From Lama glama (Eukaryota), in the NCBI GenBank assembly GCA_028534125.1, contig CM052816.1, positions 37,760,001-37,824,000 of the forward strand: a stretch of 64,000 bases of DNA, read 5' to 3'. Position 1 is the stretch's first letter. Each line of letters begins with the position of its first letter. Of the stretch, positions 37,101 through 48,575 are shown one piece after another. The notes beneath the pieces were generated by a model. The model worked only from the letters and a program-made list of their open reading frames with translations. It had not been told where the DNA came from and made no database searches. A program made the translations under genes and the position numbers.

Positions 37101-38600
37101 AGAAGTGAGGGTAGTACTCATATCAAATAAAATAGACTTAAAAACAAAGACAAAGAAATAATGAAAGACAAAGAAGGGCACTATATAATGATAATGGGAT
37201 CAATACAAGAAGAGAATGTTACAGTCGTTAACATATACACACTCAATACAGGAGGACCTAAATATATAAAGTAATAATAAGAGACATTAAAGTAGAAATT
37301 GACAATAATAACAGTAGGAGACTTTAACACCCTACAGACATCAATGGTCAGTTTATTCAGGCAAAAAACCAACAAGGTAACAGAAGTCCTAAATAACACA
37401 ATAGACTTGTTGGATCTAATTGATATCTACAGGACATGACATCAAAAAGAAGCAGAATACACATTTTTTTTCAAGTGTGCACATAATGTTTGAAGGATAA
37501 ACCACACACTAGGTCAAAAAACAAGCCTCACTAAATTTAAGAAGACAGTCTCTTCAAAAAGTGGCGCTGGGAAAACTGGACAGCTACATGTAAGTCAATG
37601 AAATTAAAAATTCCCTAACAGCATATACAAAAAAATACAATGGTTTAATGTAAGACTTGACATCGTAAAACCTCTGGAAGAGAACATAGGCAAAAAAGTC
37701 TTTGACATAAATTATAGCAAAATATTTCTTAGATCAATCTCCCAGGGCAAAAATAAACAAATGAGATGTAATTACACTTAAAAAATTACACTTAAAAAAA
37801 ACTTTTGCACAGCAAAGGACACCATTAATAAAACAGAAACAAAACCTATAGGACAGGAGACAATGTTTGCAAACAGTGCGACCAACAAGGGATTAGTATC
37901 CAAAATATACAAGGAGCTCATAGAAATCAATATTTTTAAAAATCCTATTCAAAAAATGGGCAGAACACATGAATAGACACACCTGGGTATATATTTCTGT
38001 GAAAAACAAGACACTAATATGAAAAGATACATACCCACCAATGTCCACATGAATATTATGAATAATACTTAAGATATGGAACCAACCTAAGTGCCCAGCA
38101 GCAGATGAATGAAGATGTACATGTGTGGTGCATGTATACATATATATATGTATATATATAGAATATTAGTCAGCCATAAAAGAATGAAATACTGCTATTT
38201 GCAGCAACATGGATGGACCTAGAGAATATTATGCTTTGTGAAAAAAAGTCAGAGAGAGATACTATGTATTACTTATATAATAGAGTCCAAAAATAATACA
38301 AATGAATATATAAACAAAACAGAAACAGGCTCAGAGACATAAGAAACAAACTTACAATTACCAAAGAGGAGAGAGAGCAGAGAGGCTCAAATTATCAGTA
38401 TGAGAGTAACAGATACAAAGTGTTATAAAGAAAATAGATAAGCAACAAGGATTTACTATATAGCACAGAGAAGTATATCCAATATCTTGTAATAAGCTAT
38501 GAATGGAAAAATTCTGAAAAAAAATATAACTGAATCGCTTTGCTGTACACCTGAGACTAACATAATATTGTAAATCGACTATATTTCAATAAAAAATAAA
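34134..38600 (+). mobile_element. L1 with 5'UTR, decayed ORF1, endonuclease domain and 3' end; RT deleted
   Basis: Start caacatggtgggatagga (34143). ORF1 MKRQRNYFQLK at 35566; ORF2 MAINTYLSTITL at 36891, with EN motifs (caagagactcac = QETH, gtaggagactttaacacc = VGDFNT). Deletion junctions at 37542-37548 and ~37980. AATAAA and A-rich tail at 38588-38600. Confidence 0.92.
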
Positions 38601-41184
38601 ATGCTAGTTTTTCCTCAATTTTTGAAAATGTTCTATCAGTCAGATATGGCACTAAAAGCTGAGTTAGTGACAAATAATAGTTAATCTGGGGAGTGAGTTA
38701 TAGCATCTCTGACAAGGAAGTAGCAGATACCTGAAGAAATATTAACAGTCAAAGTGAAAATGTGGCTTGCAGAAGAGGCAGTGTGTGTGTGCAAAACTGT
38801 CTAGTTGGAAGGAAATATGTGAAGCTCTACAATGGGGAAAATTGCTGAAAATGCTCTAAAATTGCTAAGAAGTCATAAAAACATCAATTTACCCCAAATT
38901 ACTTAGACCCAGCCTTTGTTTACCTCTATTTGACATAAGTCCTTTACTGTTTTCTGATAGTTTTTGCTAATAAGGATTTTCAAATGGCATCACTCTGACT
39001 AAATCTCAGATTACTGAAATTTATTTGTAAAAAATTGTTTTAGAAGTCGATTTTAAGAGGCTTCAGGATCTTGAGATTCTGTGAGTATAACATATCTCAA
39101 TGTTACTATAATGTGAAATAAAGTACTGATGATCTGACAGACAATGAACTCTGAACTTCAGATTATACAAGGTATTATTTCAATGTCCAACAAAAGGCAT
39201 AATTTCTTACAGTATTTTTATATTCATTTAAATTATGTAAATGTTTTCAGAATGCTGCTCTATAAAATTACTTTTTCTATAATTTTATACTTAGATTTTA
39301 TATGACAAGAAATCTTATTGGACTGTCAAGCTTTCATATAGAACAGAATTGAACAAATCTGAACATAATGCAAAGTGGAGAAAAACTATCTTTTGTGACA
39401 GCTAAAACATAGGGTTTGCACAGAAACATCTTTGGTATTGATTCTTGAAAACCAAAAAATCATTTCCACAATGGGGAGATCCTATTGGCCATAGCACTTA
39501 ACATCTTCCTTTTCTTCTCATTGCCAGAGTGTATCAGAATAGGTCAATATGAGGAGTGAAGCTTTCAAGGGGAAAAAAAAAAACGAAAGAAAACTGAAAT
39601 TGCTTGAACTAGTTAAATGTGTGGTTTTTTTGAAATAACGTTCAGTACTGCTTCAAGCTTTTTTTCTCATTTTGTCTCGAATTACCACATAAGAACTCAT
39701 TTGACATTTGCACACCATTTTCCCCTAAAGACATATTTTAAGTTGTTAAAGAAAAAGGCAAGTGAATATGAGTATTGTAAGAAGAGAAGCCTTTACAAAA
39801 TTCAGTGGCACTGTTATAAAACCATAGCACAATAATATGCAGTGGCAGTCAGCCATCAGGCTGACTTGGAGGAAATATTTTTAGAGGACTGAACGTGAAG
39901 AAGATGGGAAACAGCGAAATGGAGGAGAGGTACCTCTGGATAGGAAAGAAACTTTATGAAGGGGGGAAACAAAATGATCTTCCCAGAGAAATATACATCT
40001 CTTCCTGTATCAAAACCAGAGAAAGTTTTGCATGTTGTATTTGGATTTTGAGAACTGCCTAAAGGTATTTGAAATTTAACAGCAACGGAGGGGTGTAGAA
40101 CTCAGGAGGGCCAGGTGAGGAGGTGAGAGCGCTGTGAGCATCCATAAGCGGTCTACCTGGTGAACAAACGGGGCCCCTATCTCTAGGTAAGAAAAGCAAG
40201 ATGGCAACACCAGGAGGCTGGGGACAGAGCACCACGTTAAGAGGGAAAGTAGGACTACCTGCAACGTCATGATCAACATCAAAGCAAATGTATAGCTGTG
40301 TCATTGAATTATGGCTGTTTGTGATGCACACATACAGCAGACCTCGGTTAGAGAGGAGGTACAATTTATAATGAGACACACGGGGGTCAGTACAGTGTGA
40401 AAGCCTCGTTTTATGTTTTGCCCCTCCTGTCAGCTTTAGAAAGAGTAAAAGGACATAATGTATGACGTAAAGGAGAACAAGGTGAAAAATCTTAATTCTC
40501 CATCTTACTTGTGCAAATCATAAGGCCTCTTAACTTCCTCGTCTCTAAGGTGGAAATATGTATCCTCATGCAAACTAGTTAATGAGATCAAGAATAGGAA
40601 AGAGCTAGAAAGAGCAGTGCTCATATTACATGTCAACTGTGTCTTTCCTTCTCTTTCTATGCCTTTCCATGGTCATGGCCTCAGTTAGATTCTCCTGTAT
40701 TCACCTTTAGACTATAGCAAGTTATACTCTCCATGCTTCCTGGCCGTCTGTCTGAACAATTTTTTTTAACCTGTGACAGTCACCAGTACGTGTGAAATCA
40801 ATTTCAATTCATTCTCGGCTCATAAGCTGCAACAGCTTCCTCAATAAGTTAAATTACTCTGTATAATTTAGATGATTGTCTTTAAACTTATGTCATACAT
40901 TCCCATCCATTTTTAGTTCCAATTGTTAACTCACATGAATCCCAGCCAACTGGTTCTGTTATTCACCTTGTCTTTATTGTCTCCCCTATAATTTCATATT
41001 TTAAAAAAAAATTGAGGCTCAGTTAAAGGTGTAGTTTCTCCTTGAAACTATGCATGAGTATTTAGGCCCAAGTGATTTCCTACATCTTTGATCTGCTATT
41101 ACATTTATATTCAGAGTTTAAAAAAATTTTTTCCACATTTAAAATATTCGGGGCGTTTGTTCCCACAAGTATGTGTGAAGCTCC

Positions 41185-41275
41185 AAGAAGCAGGACTTTT
41201 TATACTATTTTTGTGTCCATTATAGAGCCTAGCAGACTTCTGAGTGCATGGTCATTAACCCAAATGAATGTTTAC
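41185..41275 (+). mobile_element. L2 3'-end relic
   Basis: agcaggacttttt...gagcctagcagacttctgagtgcatggtcatt...aaatgaatg has the L2 terminal layout. Confidence 0.4.
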
Positions 41276-41885
41276 ATACTGGTTATATCTGAAGCTTACA
41301 GATTGCTTTCTGAATATTAAAAGTGAACTGCCCTTGAAAGACTGTTTAGCAGAAGGTACTGATTAAAGTAGTCTGTTCATTTACACCAAGAGAAGGTTTC
41401 CAGCTGATAGATTTTATGGCCTGTTATTTTGACAATCCAAACACTGTAACAGGGAGTATCTTGTAAACAAAATTTGCCTTGTCTATTGGGCATAACCAGC
41501 TTTAAGTGCTAGTTTCCATCTCCCCTAAAGGCTCAGAGGGGAACTGAAATGTGAAGTTTTGCAGGGAGATGGACCAAAAATCAAGTTAGAGCAGAAAATA
41601 AGTTGAGTAGAAAACCAAGGGACAGAGAAATCTTGTCTGGTATAGAAATTATCTGCCCTGTATCCCTTCACATTTGTCATTCATTCATGTTTTTGTACCA
41701 CACATGTTACATGCTCACCCTTTCAATACTCAGAAGTGTAAGTGTAACTTGCTATAAATGTCTTCAACGAGAGGTTTATATATTTCTATTTTCCATTGAT
41801 CTATGTACTCCTAGCTGTTGTCATTTGGACAATCAAAGCCTGCCCACTTCCTTCCTTTGTCCTAGCATCCAATGGAATCATACAT

Positions 41886-42385
41886 NNNNNNNNNNNNNNN
41901 NNNNNNNNNNNNNNNNNNNNNNNNNNNNNNNNNNNNNNNNNNNNNNNNNNNNNNNNNNNNNNNNNNNNNNNNNNNNNNNNNNNNNNNNNNNNNNNNNNNN
42001 NNNNNNNNNNNNNNNNNNNNNNNNNNNNNNNNNNNNNNNNNNNNNNNNNNNNNNNNNNNNNNNNNNNNNNNNNNNNNNNNNNNNNNNNNNNNNNNNNNNN
42101 NNNNNNNNNNNNNNNNNNNNNNNNNNNNNNNNNNNNNNNNNNNNNNNNNNNNNNNNNNNNNNNNNNNNNNNNNNNNNNNNNNNNNNNNNNNNNNNNNNNN
42201 NNNNNNNNNNNNNNNNNNNNNNNNNNNNNNNNNNNNNNNNNNNNNNNNNNNNNNNNNNNNNNNNNNNNNNNNNNNNNNNNNNNNNNNNNNNNNNNNNNNN
42301 NNNNNNNNNNNNNNNNNNNNNNNNNNNNNNNNNNNNNNNNNNNNNNNNNNNNNNNNNNNNNNNNNNNNNNNNNNNNNNNNNNNNN
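41886..42385. other. Assembly gap (500 N)
   Basis: Run of N. The round size suggests a placeholder. Confidence 0.99.
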
Positions 42386-42472
42386 GGAGGAGAGGAGGAG
42401 AGGAGGAGAGGAGGAGAGGAGGAGAGGAGGAGAGGAGGAGAGGAGGAGAGGAGGAGAGGAGGAGAGGAGGAG
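42386..42472. repeat. (GGAGAGGA)n 8-mer purine repeat, ~11 units visible
   Basis: Read directly; it runs into the gap. Confidence 0.95.
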
Positions 42473-42802
42473 TCTCTCCCTCTCTCTCTCCCTCTCTCTT
42501 TCTTTTTTTCTCTCTCTCTTTTTCTCTTTTTTTTTCTCTCTCTTTTTCTCTCTCTCTCTCTTTTTCTCTCTCTCTCTTTTTCTCTCTCTTTCTCTTTTTT
42601 TCTCTCTCTTTTTCTCTCTCTCTCTCTTTTTCTCTCTTTTTCTCTTTTTCTCTCTCTTTCTCTTTTTTTCTCTCTCTTTTTCTCTCTCTCTTTTTCTCTC
42701 TTTTTCTCTTTTTCTCTCTCTCTTTTTCTCTCTCTCTCTTTTTCTCTTTCTCTCTCTCTCTTTTTCTCTCTCTCTCTTTCTCTCTCTCTTTTTCTCTTTC
42801 TC

Positions 42803-42833
<31 letters not shown>

Positions 42834-42845
42834 TTTCTCTCTTTT
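42473..42845. repeat. 373-bp pure C/T low-complexity tract ((CT)n interspersed with T4-T9)
   Basis: Read directly; no purine on the + strand across the tract. Confidence 0.95.
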
Positions 42846-44124
42846 GAGAGTAGGAGAGTAGGAAGACAGCAGGAGATCCAACTGAACTAAATAAGTACAT
42901 TTTACAACTAAACTAAAATAGGATTGAGGTCAATCATTCTCCAACAACTTCTTCATGGTATGTATATATAGTAGGTCAAGTTCAGCAGACATAACACTGC
43001 GTTTTCTATAAATTCCAATGATTATTTCTGTGAAACAGAAAAAAACATGGGAAGGGTACCAGGGCATCTGTCACACTGCACAAAACTTCTCTTTGTTGAA
43101 CGAACCCCAGAATAAGAACCATAAATGGTGAGGACGCAGTGAGCCTTGAGTCTATCTTAGCTGTACAGCTAATGGGAAAGGAAGATGCAGACGGATGAAA
43201 GAAACTTTGGCTCGGGTGTTGAACCACACAGGCGTTGAATCTCTGACCCTCTACTAAGCTTGAACAGCCTGCTGCATCTTAGCTTGGATGTACTAATAGT
43301 TACTAACACGGGCCTCAGAAAATTGTTCTGGAAGTTACACCAGGTGATTATAGGTAATAACAGTTCTCAATTCATTTCATTGACACTGAATGAAAGACAG
43401 CTAGTCCAATTTTTAAAAATAGATGGTTCAGAAAGTGACCCTTGTATAAATAAAAAATTAACATATAATAAATAAGGCACAGAACGTCGAGGCAACTGCC
43501 AATCTAATCTTTGGCCCACTCAGGTGTAGGCAAAGGAATAAGTCACATGGCACAAAGCATGATGACCTGCTGATTTTAAAAGTGTCCAGTCGAGCCACCT
43601 CATTCACTGAGGTGTCTCGGAGTGGAGCTGCCTATACTGGTTTGTAGTCACAGTTCAATCAACTCTCTTTTGAGATTCCATCTGAGGTCTTCTCACTGCT
43701 TCTACTGCTCCCACTCCTCCTTCCACTGTTGGCCAGTTGAGTTTCCATAATGGCATCAGACAAGGGGTGTATTATTAACACTTCTGCTGAGAGACTGGAG
43801 GATGAGATCCCCACAGCACTGCTCTTATTCTGAACGTCATGTGGATGCCTATAAATCCTAAGTACCGAAACATTCCTCTCTGAGACCTGACTGTGAGGCT
43901 ACTGAGGTTTTTCCTTTCCTGCTGTGTATAATAAGATCCAACATCAGTAACAGATAATATAAATATCATCTGGTTTATGGAACTTGAAGCCACCAAATGT
44001 GTTAGTGGAGAATTCCCCAAACTTGTTCATTCACAATGAAATACCACTAAACATTAAATACATTTAAATAAAATGAATTTTCATGGCAAGACATCACAAT
44101 CTCTAAGAAGATCTTTAAGAGAGT

Positions 44125-44657
44125 TGTGGTTTATTTACATCAATATTTAAGTAGAGTCTGGCGTGTCAGATGGTTCAACAAAAGACCACAAGGGAACTTG
44201 AAATAGGGAAGGCTAATTCACAGGTCCTGCAGGAAGTAAACGGCATAGCTCAGGGGGCGACACAGGGAGGTCAAAGGAGAGTGCACACAGAGAGAAAGGC
44301 AGGACCTGAGACACATGCCTTTATCAGGGTCCATAGGTAGAGTCCTTTGGGATCCCTGGCCTAAAGCCATGTTGGTCAATGTAAACCAAAAAGACCGATA
44401 AACTCCACAAGTGTCTTATCAAAGGGGCGCACAGGAGAAGGTCCTGGAAGGCAGGGGAGGGAGACTGTTGCTCCCAGGGGCTGATGTGGAAGCCATACCA
44501 GGAGGTTCTATTTGCTTGTGACTCTGTAGGCTGTCACACAGAGCCTGCAACTTCAGAAGGAGCTGGTGTCAGTTCAAGGCCCCTACACGGCCCCTCGTCA
44601 CACAAAATAGATGCGGAGGCATCAATGTCATGCTGTAGTTTAGCTCAACTCTCAACA
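44125..44657 (-). mobile_element. Solo LTR (ERVL, MER74/MER73-like)
   Basis: TG...CA ends. Internal acaggtcctgcaggaag...cacagggaggtcaaaggagag...ggacctgagacacatgcctttatcagggtccat resembles antisense MER74-group LTRs. Confidence 0.55.
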
Positions 44658-44998
44658 GTGGGTTTCCACTAGGTGAACAAAGTGTGCAGTGCACTTCAGT
44701 GACTACAGAGTCCTTCCATGTAACATCCTGTCATTTTAATTTCTGGGATTCCCCATTTCAGCAAGCACAGCACTTGAACACTCCCACTGCAACATCACAT
44801 ATAACAGTGAAACTAGACACAACAGAGGAACATCTACTTTCCTCATTTATTCTCAAAGACGATAATTAAAATACAGTCAGAAAAATCTTCATCTGGGATT
44901 AAACGAGAAACTTCCTTTGGGTTTTCCTACTTTGGGTAACTTTATCTTGTTTCAAAAGGTGTCCTCATTTGCAGTGCTTAAGAGAAACAAGACTCATA

Positions 44999-45277
44999 AA
45001 ACAGAAACAGACTCATAGACATAGAATATATACTTGTGGTTGCCGGGGGGGCAGGGGCTGGGAAGGGACAGACTGGAATTTCAAAACATAGAATAGATAA
45101 ACAAGATTATACCGTATAGCACAGGGAAATATATACAGGATATTGTTGTAGCTCACAGCGAAAAAAATGTAACAATGAATATATGTATGTTCATGTATGA
45201 CTGAAAAATTGTGCTCTACGCTGGAATTTGACACATTATAAAATGACTATAACTCAATAAAAAAATGTTAAAAAAAA
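44999..45277 (+). mobile_element. Short 5'-truncated L1 (3'UTR only, ~280 bp)
   Basis: aaacagaaacagactcatagacatag...tatagcacagggaaatatatac...gaatttgacacattataaaatgactataactcAATAAA plus A-tail. Homologous to 3'UTRs at 32.1-32.36 kb and 52.85-53.1 kb. Confidence 0.9.
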
Positions 45278-46301
45278 GAATGTCCCTGATAAATATACCA
45301 GAACATTCGTGTATATATGTATATACACCAATGTGCACATATGTACCTCCTCTCTCCTCCACCTACTGTTTACATTGCAATTGTATGGTGCAAAAAAAAT
45401 TGCTACGAAAGAATTCTAAAGGAATTTATTTTCTTTTTAAATAGGTAAACACATCTCTTACAATTTTGTTCACTGTAGTCATTTGCTTAGGTACTCTCAC
45501 CCTGCTTCTTAGACAAAAAGAAAAGCTTTTTGAATTATTCTAAGTTAATAAGGATCCTATAAATCCAGGACAGCCTCAGGATATGAACACAGTAGTAAGA
45601 ACCTGCTGTTAAAAGGGGCAACTTTAAATTACCCAATATGGACATGTACTTTCCAATTATACTTGAATACTTTAAAATACAATTGTCATTCATCTTTTGG
45701 GGGGCAGGTTTTTTATCCTCCAAGAAACTGATATTTGACTCAGGATAAATGACCTATATCTATAAATGACAATTTTCAGAATATCCCAGTAGTAAAATTG
45801 GGTAGAATCCTCTAAAAATGCCTAAAAAAAGAATACTGCTATTTCCTTTGAGGATTACATCTCTCCAGTTCTCTAACTTTACCCAGTGTTACAGTCAAGT
45901 GAAATATTTATGCACAGATATAGGCTTAGGTACAGAGCATTAACTGCCCAGGTTAGAAGTCTCATCTTAAAAAAGCTAAACACATTTTTAAGAAACTTAA
46001 AAGGACTTTCATATTGGTTGGTGAAACACAATAAATAAAATTTTACTTCCAGTCAAAACATATTTCTTATAAAGGAAGATGTCAAAAAAAATGCAAAAAG
46101 CAAATCTTTTCTCATTTGTGTGCGTTTTCTGTACAACTAAAAGATATGTCTGTTGCTGTAACTTAGCCAGTGACTTTAAAAACCAGAAAATTCGCATGCA
46201 TTCTAAGTCTTTTTAAAATACTCTTTCTAAAGGATTGAGTCATTGAAAAAAAAACTGTTTTAATTCTATGTCCATAATTAAATTACATTGCCAAAAGTTT
46301 G

Positions 46302-46653
46302 TGTTGACTTTGTAATAATAATAAAACAGACAGTGGCTGCAAAGACATAATGCACAAGGTACTTAAGGAGATGATTTCATGTAGGTTATCACAATAGAGA
46401 GAATGTTACTAATGAGGAATGTATCAAAGAAAAAGGAGAACAATTGGGTTTTTATAAAGGAGGCAAGTCGTAAGGAAGGGTCAGGGTGGCGATCATTATT
46501 TCAGAATACCAAGGGCAAAGTGGTCCTTGTTGGTTAGCAGTTTCTCAAAACACAAAATGGTAGGGATGATTTCAGAGAATAAAGGATAGAGGGACTTCTC
46601 AACTGTGCCTGTTTTCTGGGACTATATGGCTCAAGTAAATTTTAACAATGTCA
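46302..46653 (-). mobile_element. ERV1 solo LTR (MER67-like)
   Basis: The minus-strand start TGACATTGTTAAAATTTACTTGAGCCATATAGTCCCAGAAAACA matches the recalled MER67 5' terminus. Ends ...GTCAACA. Confidence 0.65.
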
Positions 46654-47589
46654 CTTATTTATTTACACTTTTAAAACCAGTGCTAGAATATTCACACCCC
46701 CCCCCAACACAGAGACCTCAATATTGCTTAACACAGTATTTATGATCTCCGTATTACAGGTGCAGAGATACAGGCAGTGGGGAGTCACCTGGATGGGTCT
46801 TACCAGCCGGTTATGCTGGAAACCTCAACTTGGGTGTGAAAGAGTGAAAGATGATTTTCTCATCTTCCTCAGTATCCACAAAACTGCTCCCTAAACTGGA
46901 GCAGCCATCTTCTAAAATGCATATTTTGGGTCAGATAATGAGTAAAATAATGTTGCTAGTTTTGATTTTTAATTAAGTGGACAAGATTGTCATGAGATGT
47001 TTAAGGAGCTTTGGAAAGACACACTGGCCTGACTGGACTGGACTGCTACACAAGGGGGAACAGATGAGGGACCGAGGGACAGGACTCTGTCCTGTGACTG
47101 GAAACGGAGCTCATCTGGGAGCATAGCGTTCTGGAAAAAATGTGAATCAGGTACGGAGCCAGAAAAACGAGGGGCACAAGTCCAGGTTTTAAAGTGATCT
47201 TTCCCTATGAATGTGACTCAGACTTTCTGAAAGGTTTTTGACTTCATGGCAACGTGGAAGACGCCATGATGATGCCATGGCCACAAGGCCAGTCTGTCCC
47301 AGCCTTCATCTGTCCCAGGAGGAGGGTACTAAGCTCAGGGTGTAGAGAAATCATACATAGGGGAGCGAGACTCACACAGTCCCTGAAACTGGGTACACTA
47401 TGGCCTCCCAGAGGGCTCTCCAGGCAGCCGTGCTCTGAGACCCTGTCTGACACCACCAGACTCTTCCCTCTCTCCTTCTAAGCTATTTGAGCCAGTATAG
47501 TTGTAAGAAACACACTATGTATGCTGGATGATTATGGTGGTAACATCAGGCAGGGGTACCTACCCACCTACCTCCATGCGGGGATACAG

Positions 47590-47730
47590 CCTTGTTCTGT
47601 GTCTTTTTTTCATTAGAAGTGAAGCACAGTGAAGACAAGAGATTCTGTTTCCATTTACTGTTGAGTCCCAAACAGAGAAGACTTAATATATATATAGCAG
47701 GCACCTAACTATTATGTGAGTGAAATAAAT
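47590..47730 (+). mobile_element. L2 3'-end relic
   Basis: cattagaagtgaagcacagtgaagacaagagattctg...atagcaggcacctaactattatgtgagtgaaataaatga. Confidence 0.4.
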
Positions 47731-48054
47731 GATACAAATCGAAGGGTAATGCTACTGGGACAACATGATAATTATTATGCAAACTCTCTCACCTCAAACA
47801 CAGACTCTGCTATTTCAACCCTTCTAAGAAAAATGAGTGAAGAAAATGGTGTTTGTTAACAATAAAAACTATATAGTCACCAAACAGCACATACTCTAGT
47901 AAAAATATCCCAGTTCTTTGATGATTTGTATTGTCATTCTGTATAGTTTAAATTTTTCAGAGAATGTTCTAAGAAACAAACATTCAAAATATCCAGTATC
48001 ACCTTTTCAAAGACCATTTTTGCTGTAGACTTGAGAATGATCTGGAGAAAATCC

Positions 48055-48575
48055 TGTAATAGGAAAGAACAAATCTGACTCCATAATACATCTATTCCTT
48101 GGGTTCTAAATCTGTGCTCTGTTTCCCGTGCTTAGTCATACTGATTATGCATCTTTTGTAAAAGAATGTTGCCCATAGCCTCAAACATACAGGATAGCCC
48201 ATTCTCAAGGCTCTGACCTTAAAGGGTGTAACATGTTTCCACTCATATAGAGAGAAAAGGTTGCAGAACAGAGAATAACATTTGCCTAGCTGGAGGTTTA
48301 CAGGAACATCATGATCTGACCTACGTGGACGGCTGCAAGAACAAAAAATTCTGACATCAAGAGGTTTGCAACTACCAGCCACACCCCGTTCCCCACTTTA
48401 GTATAAAAGGAGCCTAAATTCTGAGTTGGGTAAAATGGTTCTGTAGGACATTAGCCCCTCATCTTCTCGGTCTGCTGGCTTTCTAAATTAAGTTGTTATT
48501 CCTTTCCCTAACACCTCATCACCCAATTTATTGCCCTGCCCTGTGGCTAGCAGCTTGAGCTTGGACTTGGTAACA
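48055..48575 (+). mobile_element. ERV1 solo LTR (MER41-like cetartiodactyl family), 521 bp
   Basis: TGTAAT...GGTAACA termini and TATAAAA at 48402-48408. catcttctcggtctgctggctttct is followed by a degenerate poly(A) signal at ~48486. Possible degenerate 4-bp TSD ATCC/GTCT. Confidence 0.78.

Noticed and set aside
31393..37548. Spliced-L1 explanation for the internal deletions
   Set aside because: Breakpoints inferred from the full-length copy show direct microhomologies, not GT...AG intron ends.
37771..37800. Short tandem duplication ATTACACTTAAAAA x2 (also TCATGATTGT x2 at ~15238)
   Set aside because: Ordinary slippage duplications, not an array.
40084..40192. Exon-like segment ending in CTAG|GTAAGA
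   Set aside because: Stops occur in all three plus-strand frames, and there is no pyrimidine tract at the acceptor.
41603..42900. Five long ORFs (329-414 aa) in the track
   Set aside because: They are open only because of 500 Ns and stop-free GA/CT simple repeats.
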